Assembly (NCBI GenBank): GCA_934096605.1
Contig: CAKOMI010000003.1
Location: 1 to 62,293, forward strand
Source of the DNA: an uncultured Bacilli bacterium
Lineage (GTDB): Bacteria > Bacillota_I > Bacilli_A > RF39 > UBA660
DNA length: 62,293 nt
Direction: 5' to 3'
The notes beneath the pieces were generated by a model that did no database searches, was not told the origin of the DNA, and saw only the letters and a program-made list of their open reading frames with translations. Below, one piece after another: positions 28,188-35,155 of this stretch. The translations under genes and the position numbers were made by a program. Positions within the stretch are counted from its first letter, which is position 1. Each line of letters starts with the position of its first letter.

Positions 28188-29225
28188 ATGGGAGAAGCTG
28201 TAAATCTTGTCAATATTTTGAAAGTTAAACAAGTAATCTTTAACTGTGTGGTGTTTAATGATTTAGAATCTAGTTTAATAAAAGTTTTAGAAGCAAAAAA
28301 GATTCCATACCAGTCATGTATTAATGAACTTGATATTGATAATTACCAATTAAACTTTTTAAATACAAAAGTATTTGGTGATGAAAATAATAATAGTATT
28401 GTTATTTATACAAAACTTGATGGTTATAAGTTTGTGTTTATGGGAGATGCGGTAATTGAACAAGAAAAAGATATTTTAGATAAGTATAACTTAGCAAATA
28501 AAGAAGTATTAAATAATTTGAGTGATTCAAAAATATACAGGACAGATCAAGATGGTAGTATTATGTTAAAGTTTTATGAGTTGAACGAAAAAGTGCAGAC
28601 ACTGTCTGCACAATTATCTTGGTCGCATTATTGTGAATTACTATCTTTTGAGAATACTGATAAAATTAATTATTACATAGAATTAGTTAAAAATAATAAT
28701 TTATCAGTTAGGCAATTAAGAAAAAGAATAAAATCTAATGAATATGAAAGGCTTCCGGAATCTACTAAAAATAAATCAGTAGAACAAAAAGAATCCGATA
28801 TAGTTGATTTTATCAAGAATCCAATTTTGATTAAAAATAGCAATAAGTATGATATATTTTCAGAGAAAGTATTACAAAAATTAATTTTAGAAGATATTGA
28901 AAATTTTCTAGAAGAATTAGGAAATGGATTTACATTTATAAAAAGTGAATATCCAATTAAATTAGGTAATAGATACAACTATATTGATTTATTACTTTAT
29001 AATATTAAATATAGGTGTTATGTAGTTGTAGAATTAAAGATAGCAGAACTTAAGAAGGAGCATACTGGACAAATTATGACTTATATGAATTATATAGATA
29101 AGAATATAAAAACTATTGAAGAAAATGATACAGTAGGAATTATCATTTGTAAACAGGATAATTCCTACGTTATAAAATATTGTTCAGATGATAGAATTAT
29201 AGCAAGAGAATATGAACTTGTGTGA
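28188..29225 (+). CDS. chimeric ORF: comEC 3' remnant 2 (49-codon internal deletion) fused in frame to a 5'-truncated DUF1016 nuclease (cassette 3)
   Basis: MGEAVNLVNILKV..DILDKYNLAN/KEVLNNLSDSKIYRTDQDGSIML/KFYELNEKVQTLSAQLSWSHY...VVVELK..; a divergent DUF1016 allele. Confidence 0.8.
   Translation: MGEAVNLVNILKVKQVIFNCVVFNDLESSLIKVLEAKKIPYQSCINELDIDNYQLNFLNTKVFGDENNNSIVIYTKLDGYKFVFMGDAVIEQEKDILDKYNLANKEVLNNLSDSKIYRTDQDGSIMLKFYELNEKVQTLSAQLSWSHYCELLSFENTDKINYYIELVKNNNLSVRQLRKRIKSNEYERLPESTKNKSVEQKESDIVDFIKNPILIKNSNKYDIFSEKVLQKLILEDIENFLEELGNGFTFIKSEYPIKLGNRYNYIDLLLYNIKYRCYVVVELKIAELKKEHTGQIMTYMNYIDKNIKTIEENDTVGIIICKQDNSYVIKYCSDDRIIAREYELV
28593..28611. repeat. perfect 9+1+9 palindrome inside DUF1016 copy 3 (different arms)
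   Basis: GTGCAGACA c TGTCTGCAC at the same codon position as in copies 1 and 2. Confidence 0.95.
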
Positions 29226-29231
29226 TATAAT
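29223..29231 (+). promoter_or_regulatory. extended -10 box TGATATAAT at cassette 3 junction
   Basis: Overlaps the TGA stop of the chimeric DUF1016 ORF. Confidence 0.55.
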
Positions 29232-29250
29232 AAATATAGGATGTGATAAT

Positions 29251-30033
29251 ATGGCTTTACCGAAAATCATGTTTAAAGAAATGACTTTGCAAGAAAACAT
29301 AGATGTTATAAAGTGGGCATATTTTGAAAACAATGGAGCATTAAGCGTTCATGATTTTACAATTAAATACTTTCCACAACTAGCTAATTTGGATACAAAC
29401 TTATCTAGAGATGAAATTTATAAAGTTATAGAAGAAGTAGTTACTAATGATTATAATAAACATAAACATAAACATAGAATTAAAAGTGAAACCGAAAGAT
29501 ATAACAAGCTATGGAGACAATATAATGATAGTTATTTTAAGGCGTTATCATCATATTTGAAGATAGAATGGCCAAATAATTTAAAAGAAATAAGTGCAAC
29601 TGTTGGATTAATTCCGGTTTTTCCAAGATATTTAGACAATTTTTCTTTTTCAATTGGTACAGGCGTTGATGATTCTAAATTATTAGAAGTTTGTGCTCAT
29701 GAAACCCTACATTTTTTATGGTTTGAAAAATGGAATCAAATTCATCCAGAAACGCCAAGACGTGAATATGACTCACCATATTTAGTATGGCAATATAGTG
29801 AGATGGTAACAGATCCTATTTTGAATAATAAACCATTTTCTACAATGTTCGAATTTGATGAACGAGGATATGATAGCTTTTATGAACTTGAAGATGATTC
29901 TGGTAAAGTTATGGATAAATTGAGAAACATCTATAGTAAAGATATATCAATTGAAGAAAAAATGAATGATGGATTCAATTATATTAATCGAGTTTTTAAT
30001 AAAGATATAGATGAAATGATTGCGAAAAAGTAA
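29251..30033 (+). CDS. cargo 3: hypothetical HExxH protein
   Basis: CAHETLHFLWFEKW motif; unrelated to cargo 2 outside HExxH; start set at ATG 29251 after TAGGA. Confidence 0.5.
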   Translation: MALPKIMFKEMTLQENIDVIKWAYFENNGALSVHDFTIKYFPQLANLDTNLSRDEIYKVIEEVVTNDYNKHKHKHRIKSETERYNKLWRQYNDSYFKALSSYLKIEWPNNLKEISATVGLIPVFPRYLDNFSFSIGTGVDDSKLLEVCAHETLHFLWFEKWNQIHPETPRREYDSPYLVWQYSEMVTDPILNNKPFSTMFEFDERGYDSFYELEDDSGKVMDKLRNIYSKDISIEEKMNDGFNYINRVFNKDIDEMIAKK

Positions 30034-30107
30034 TCTTTTTTCTTTATAAATAAAATCATTGTATTCGACTTACTAATTGACAATCACCACATGGTGATTA
30101 TGATCAT

Positions 30108-30881
30108 ATGGGAAAAGCTGTAAATCTTGTCAATATTTTGAAAGTTAAAAAAGTAATCTTTAACTGTGGGGTGTTTAATGGTTTAATTGAAAGAGCTAAA
30201 GTTGCTTGTAAAGGAAGTAATAATAACATAGATAATCATTTTGTGTTACAATGCAAAATGATAAAATTAACAAAAGGTGCAACAAGAAAAGTTATAGATT
30301 ATAAATTATCTAGATATGCATGTTATTTAATGGTAATGAATGGTAATCCTAGGAAAAACATTATAGCTTTAGGACAAACATATTTTGCCATTCAAACAAG
30401 GAACCAAGAACTCTCTGAAAAAGAATATAATAATCTTACTGAAGATGAGAAAAGATTATATCGAAGAAATCAAACAAGAAAAGAAATTTATAATTTAAAC
30501 AAAATAGCAGTTGAAAGTGGAGTAAAAGATTTAGCTAGATTTCATAATGCAGGATATACGGGTCTTTATAATGGTGAAACAGCAGACGATATTTTTAAGA
30601 TGAAGAAACTAAGATATAGAGAAGATATATTAGATAACATGGGTAGCGAAGAACTAGCTGATAATATATTTAGAATTGCTCAAACCGATGCTAAATTAAA
30701 AAGAGATAAAGTGGATAATGAATATACTGCAAATAGTGTTCACTACGAAATTGGTAAAATAGTAAGAAAAGCAATTAAAGAAGCAGGTGGCACTATGCCA
30801 GAAGTTCTACCAACACCAAAGAAAAGTTTAAAAGAGTTAGAGAAAGAGAAAAAAGATTCAAATAAGTTACTTCAAGATTAA
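30108..30881 (+). CDS. dinD: chimeric ORF: comEC 3' remnant 3 (first ~95 nt) fused in frame to N-terminally truncated DinD (DNA-damage-inducible protein D family)
   Basis: MGKAVNLVNILKVKKVIFNCGVFNG then LSRYACYLMVMNGNP, GQTYFAIQTRNQEL, EDEKRLY, HNAGYTGLYNG, ILDNMGSEELADNIFRIAQTDAKLKRD, GGTMPEVLPTP, as I recall E. coli DinD. Confidence 0.8.
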   Translation: MGKAVNLVNILKVKKVIFNCGVFNGLIERAKVACKGSNNNIDNHFVLQCKMIKLTKGATRKVIDYKLSRYACYLMVMNGNPRKNIIALGQTYFAIQTRNQELSEKEYNNLTEDEKRLYRRNQTRKEIYNLNKIAVESGVKDLARFHNAGYTGLYNGETADDIFKMKKLRYREDILDNMGSEELADNIFRIAQTDAKLKRDKVDNEYTANSVHYEIGKIVRKAIKEAGGTMPEVLPTPKKSLKELEKEKKDSNKLLQD

Positions 30882-30896
30882 AAGGTATTATTAATG

Positions 30897-30905
30897 TGAT
30901 ATAAT
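30897..30905 (+). promoter_or_regulatory. extended -10 box TGATATAAT at cassette 4 junction (non-coding here)
   Basis: Same GTGATATAAT box 16 nt after the DinD stop, so it is conserved independently of any stop codon. Confidence 0.55.
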
Positions 30906-30924
30906 AATTACAGGTTGTGGTTAT

Positions 30925-31530
30925 ATGTCAAAGGAATCAAAATTATATTTATTTATAGATAGAAGAGACTATATAAAGAAATTAACTGATGATGATGTAA
31001 TAAATGTTATTGGAACAAAAGGCTCTGGTAAAACAACAAGTACACTAAAATATATTGAAGATGAAGATTGTATAGTGATTAATTGTGATAGATTATATGA
31101 AATGCCAACTGATAAAGTTGTTGATGATAAATATTTAACTGAAATAAAAGAGTTATTAAAAAATAAATATGGAAAAATATGTGAAGGTGAGGAATTTATA
31201 AATTGCTATAATGACATATTAGATTTTATCAAAAGTAAAAATAAAAAAGCTTTAATTGAAGGTAATGTAATCTATGATATTAAACCAATAACATTATTAA
31301 AAGGGACTATAATAGTTAAAAGAACTGGAATAATAAAATGCTTTATACGAGCAGTAAAGAGAGATTACCCAATTAAATATTTCTTAAATCAAGAAATTGA
31401 AAAGCATGGCAAAATATTAGGAAGAATCAATAGACTTAAAAATATAATAAAAAGAAGAAAAAATATTTTTAAAATATATCATGAAATTGAAAATATAATT
31501 GATGACTTAGAAACATATCAAAATGATTAA
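30925..31530 (+). CDS. cargo 4: P-loop NTPase/kinase-like protein
   Basis: Walker A GTKGSGKTT near the N-terminus; size and layout resemble small nucleotide/zeta-like kinases. Confidence 0.55.
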   Translation: MSKESKLYLFIDRRDYIKKLTDDDVINVIGTKGSGKTTSTLKYIEDEDCIVINCDRLYEMPTDKVVDDKYLTEIKELLKNKYGKICEGEEFINCYNDILDFIKSKNKKALIEGNVIYDIKPITLLKGTIIVKRTGIIKCFIRAVKRDYPIKYFLNQEIEKHGKILGRINRLKNIIKRRKNIFKIYHEIENIIDDLETYQND

Positions 31531-31575
31531 CTGTAATTATTATTTAATTGCTGTTTTTTCTTTGCGAAAATAATC

Positions 31576-31662
31576 GTTACGGGCACCATAAGGCATGTGT
31601 TTTAGACACATTAAAAAATAATAAATTAAAAATAGAGACTTGTAGTCAGTAGGAAGGAGTAA
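31576..31662 (+). pseudogene. displaced comEC 3' remnant 4 (last ~90 nt with internal deletion)
   Basis: gaaaataatcgttacgggcaccataagg matches comEC ..aaaaataatcgttatggacatccaaataaag; ..aataaattaaaaatagagacttgtagtcagtag matches the comEC terminus. Confidence 0.7.
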
Positions 31663-31664
31663 AT

Positions 31665-32548
31665 ATGAATTATTATAATGAAATAAAAAATAAATTAATA
31701 GATAATGAAATAAATAGAAAAGTAAAAAAATATTCAATTAATAGAAGTGATTTAAATACATACTATAATGTTGGAAAAATATTAAGTGAAGCCGGCAAGC
31801 ATTATGGAGAGGGTATTATTAAAGAATACTCTATTAAATTAACCAATGAATTAGGAAAGGGGTATACTCAATCAAGATTAAGATATTTTAGAAGATTTTA
31901 TAATGTTTTTTCAAAATGTCCGACATTGTCGGACAAATTATCTTATTCCCATTATTGTGAATTAATATGGATGGAAGATTTTAATAAAATAAACTATTAT
32001 ATAGACTTATCTGTTGATCATAATTTATCTGTTAGACAATTGAGAGACAGAATAAAATCAAATGAATACGAAAGGCTTGATGAAGTAGCTAAAAATAAGT
32101 TAAGAAACAAAGAAAAAAATAATGTAACAGATCTTGTTAAAAATCCAATATTAATTAAAAATAGTTATAATTATGAAAACATATCAGAAAAACTCTTGCA
32201 GAAATTAATACTTGAAGATATTGTATCTTTTATGAAAGAGTTAGGAACTGGATTTAGTTTTATAGATAATGAATTTAAAATTAAAGTAGGAGATAGTTAT
32301 AATTATATCGATTTACTTTTGTATAATATTAAGTTTAAATGCTATGTTGTTATAGAGTTGAAGTGATTAAGTTGAATTCAAATCATACTGGTCAAATTCA
32401 AAATTATATGAATTATATTGATAAAAATGTAAAAGGCATTGATGATAATAAAACTGTTGGCATTATCATTTGCAAACAAAATAATCAGTATGTAATAGAT
32501 TATTGTTCTGATGATAGAATTATTGCAAGAGAATATGAACTGGTGTAA
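31665..32548 (+). pseudogene. YhcG/DUF1016 nuclease with a frameshift right after the ELK catalytic motif (cassette 5)
   Basis: ORFs 31665-32366 and 32339-32548 together align to full-length DUF1016; frame changes at VVIELK/VIKLNSNHTGQIQNYMNYIDKN. Confidence 0.75.
31917..31935. repeat. perfect 9+1+9 palindrome inside DUF1016 copy 5 (third arm variant)
   Basis: TGTCCGACA t TGTCGGACA at the same codon position. Confidence 0.95.
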
Positions 32549-32554
32549 TATGAT
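32546..32554 (+). promoter_or_regulatory. variant junction box TAATATGAT at cassette 5
   Basis: Positional equivalent of TGATATAAT, overlapping a TAA stop. Confidence 0.4.
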
Positions 32555-32575
32555 ATTGTTAAGGGAGTGATTGTA

Positions 32576-33106
32576 ATGGAGGAAAAAAGATATATTTATG
32601 GAAAATCAAAAAATAAACTCAAAGAAAACACTATTAATTTACCAGACAAATATTTAATGAATTATGTCAATAATCCTAAGTATTTATTTCATGGCAGTCC
32701 AAAAAAATTAAAAATTATTGAGCCTAAAGAGTCAACCAGTTTTAATTATTTAATAAATAATAGGGGTGAGGCTGTATATATGACTCCTTTATTTGTTTTG
32801 GCTAGTGCCTATGCTTTTAGAGATTCTATTATAAAACTAAGTGAAAAAGTTCCTTATAACATTACAATAGGAGTAACAGAATACGCCAAAGAAATATACA
32901 TTATAATGGATAATGTTATTGTTGATGATGAGTTAGAAGGCTATATTTATGTTTTTGAGTGGGATGATAATTATAAACAAAGAAAAGACATGATTCAGTA
33001 TAAAGCTCATAAAGAAATGCCACCAATTGATATTATAAAGATTAAATTTAAAGATTTTAAAAAGTTTTATACTATTAATGAGGCTAATGAAAATATTAGA
33101 AAATAA
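32576..33106 (+). CDS. cargo 5: hypothetical protein with a possible H-Y-E ADP-ribosyltransferase-like pattern
   Basis: LFHGSP, then GEAVYMTP 29 residues later, then ELEGYIYVFE; start at ATG after GGGAGTGA. Confidence 0.5.
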   Translation: MEEKRYIYGKSKNKLKENTINLPDKYLMNYVNNPKYLFHGSPKKLKIIEPKESTSFNYLINNRGEAVYMTPLFVLASAYAFRDSIIKLSEKVPYNITIGVTEYAKEIYIIMDNVIVDDELEGYIYVFEWDDNYKQRKDMIQYKAHKEMPPIDIIKIKFKDFKKFYTINEANENIRK

Positions 33107-33133
33107 TGTGTTTTAGAAAATTATAAGACTTTT

Positions 33134-34108
33134 ATGAATAATCATGGTACAATACCTATGGTGGTTACAGTGAAAGTTATATTAATAAGTACTGATTCAG
33201 TACATTTACTTGAAGAAAAATTAAATGATTTAATTCCTACAAATTCAGTGGTAGTTCGTTATAATATGAAAGAAACGAGTCTAAATGATGTTTTAGAAGA
33301 GGCTTCATATGTATCTCTTTTTGATGATATGAAATATTTAGTTGTTAAAAATAGTGATTTTTTTGGTAAGGCAAAATTAACAGAAAAAGAAGAAAAAAGT
33401 TTTCTTTCTTATTTAGATAATCCTTATCCTTGTACAACTATTATTTTTACAACCTATGATACTATTGATAAACGCAAAAGTATTACTAAAAAAATAATTG
33501 ATAACTATAAACTAATTGAATTAAAAAGTCCTAAAAATTATGATTTAATTAGAGAAACTAAGTCAAGAACAAGTAAATATAACATAAGTGATAAATCGAT
33601 TAAATATATTGTTGATGCTTGTTTATCTAATTATGACTTAGTATTAGAAGAACTAGATAAGCTTGCGTTAATGTATAAAAAAGATGATACTATAAAATAT
33701 GAAGATATAAAAAATATTGTTGCTAGTAATGCAAGCGATAATGTTTTTAAATTTGTTGATGCTGTTATAGCCAAGGATTTACGAGTTAGTATGACTTTAT
33801 ATGAAGAGTTTTTGAGTTTGAAATTAGATCCCTTACAATTAATTAATATGTTAGTAAGAGAGTATCGTTTATTATATTATTATAAGTTATATGAAAGAAA
33901 AAGATATAGTATGAGTGATATTATGAGTAATTTACGTTTAGCTGATTGGCAAGTTCAAAAATTAATGAAAGAAGCAAGTGCTTATCATACTGATGATTTG
34001 AAAGACTACTTAATTAATTTATCAAAACTAGACTATAAAATAAAGTCTGGTAAACTTGATAAAACATCCGCTATGTATGCTTTCTTACTCCAAAATTTAG
34101 AATATTAA
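33134..34108 (+). CDS. holA: DNA polymerase III delta subunit
   Basis: Length, clamp-loader delta pattern (..LSLFDDMKYLVVKN.., ..NVFKFVDAV..) and the comEC-holA synteny known from Bacillus; true start uncertain (ATG 33158 or GTG 33170 possible). Confidence 0.7.
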   Translation: MNNHGTIPMVVTVKVILISTDSVHLLEEKLNDLIPTNSVVVRYNMKETSLNDVLEEASYVSLFDDMKYLVVKNSDFFGKAKLTEKEEKSFLSYLDNPYPCTTIIFTTYDTIDKRKSITKKIIDNYKLIELKSPKNYDLIRETKSRTSKYNISDKSIKYIVDACLSNYDLVLEELDKLALMYKKDDTIKYEDIKNIVASNASDNVFKFVDAVIAKDLRVSMTLYEEFLSLKLDPLQLINMLVREYRLLYYYKLYERKRYSMSDIMSNLRLADWQVQKLMKEASAYHTDDLKDYLINLSKLDYKIKSGKLDKTSAMYAFLLQNLEY

Positions 34109-34137
34109 AACTAGGATTTAATCTTTCCTAGTTTTTT
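34109..34137. terminator. hairpin terminator between convergent holA and rnhC
   Basis: AACTAGG/CCTAGTT stem followed by TTTT. Confidence 0.6.
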
Positions 34138-34141
34138 CATA

Positions 34142-35074
34142 TTATAAATATTCTTCTAATTTCAATGTGTTTTTAAAATTTAATTTTGCTACATCATTAA
34201 GCATATCTCTGCCGTATTTGTTAACTATTTCAGCCGCTTGTTTATCAACAAGAGTGTTTGCCCCTTTTAATAAAGGAATATGCAATGTATCACTAAGTTC
34301 ATCCATTTTCATAAGAAAGATATAACGGCTAATGCAACTTGAAACAGCAACGGATGCACATTTACTTTCAGCTTTAGTTGTAAAATCTATATCTCTTACT
34401 ATTTCTTTTGTTTCTTTAATATGTTCAAAATACTTAGCTGGATAAACAAACTGATCGACTACGATACTATCATAATTACTTTCTCTTTTTTTCATTTCTA
34501 CTAAAACTTTGTTATGTAAAATGGCTTTAATCTTATTCATGTTGTAACCCATACTTTGATATTTATTATAATCTTTGTTAGTTAATATAAAAGTACAATG
34601 AGGTATTTCTTTTATTAGAGTAGGGGCAATTTTTTTGATTTTTTCATCAGTTAAAACCTTGGAATCCCGTACACCTAAGTTTTCTACAAAACTAATTTTA
34701 TCTTTTGCTACATATGAGGCCGTTACCACAATTGGGCCAAAATAATCCCCAGTACCAACCTCATCAGAACCAATCGTTGCTTTTTGATAAAGTATATTTC
34801 TTTCTTTTTTCTCTTTTTCTTTCTTTTTCTGTGGTTCATTAATATCAATTCTAATACCCGTTAATTTATATTCAATATCGGCCCACATATTGGCATCAAC
34901 GTCAGCACTTACACCTTGAAACATAACTTTGCCAGATTCATAAAGTGTTATAATAGTGTCTGCTTCTTGGGCTTGGAAAACAGCATAAGGAGGTGTTTTA
35001 TCTCTTTTAGTATCCATATAATATTCAGTCATTTTTTCCATTAATTTTTTACTTGCTTTAAATACAATAGTCAT
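34142..35074 (-). CDS. rnhC: ribonuclease HIII
   Basis: N-terminal RNase HIII domain (PPYAVFQAQEADTIITLYESGKVMFQG), catalytic DEVGTGDYFGP; start set at ATG after GGTGGTGA. Confidence 0.85.
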   Translation of the reverse strand: MTIVFKASKKLMEKMTEYYMDTKRDKTPPYAVFQAQEADTIITLYESGKVMFQGVSADVDANMWADIEYKLTGIRIDINEPQKKKEKEKKERNILYQKATIGSDEVGTGDYFGPIVVTASYVAKDKISFVENLGVRDSKVLTDEKIKKIAPTLIKEIPHCTFILTNKDYNKYQSMGYNMNKIKAILHNKVLVEMKKRESNYDSIVVDQFVYPAKYFEHIKETKEIVRDIDFTTKAESKCASVAVSSCISRYIFLMKMDELSDTLHIPLLKGANTLVDKQAAEIVNKYGRDMLNDVAKLNFKNTLKLEEYL

Positions 35075-35155
35075 ATACATCACCACCAATAGAATACCAT
35101 AAATTTCTTTACTTTTAAAGAAAAATTCAATATAATTAAGTAGGAGGAATGAAAA

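Larger units (their letters stand above)
24292..33133 (+). mobile_element. tandem array of five nuclease+cargo cassettes separated by displaced comEC 3' remnants, inserted between comEC and holA
   Basis: comEC 3' sequence recurs at 25874-26444, 28168-28572, 30088-30182, 31576-31662 and possibly 33107-33133; each interval holds DUF1016 (or DinD) plus one unrelated gene; no recombinase. Confidence 0.75.

Noticed and set aside
31540-31737. 65-aa minus-strand ORF spanning comEC remnant 4 and the DUF1016 start
   Set aside because: It is antisense to recognisable homologous sequence and has a low-complexity F/L/Y composition.
24305-32548. Alternative genetic code (TGA as Trp), suggested by the very AT-rich composition
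   Set aside because: TGA ends the DUF1016 copies at homologous positions, and many housekeeping genes terminate at the expected lengths with TGA, TAA or TAG. No conserved protein requires TGA read-through.
23721-33133. CRISPR array or prophage as an explanation for the repeats
   Set aside because: The repeats are hundreds of nt long, are coding-derived (comEC tail) and are of unequal length. There are no short regular repeat-spacer units, no cas genes and no phage structural or integrase genes.
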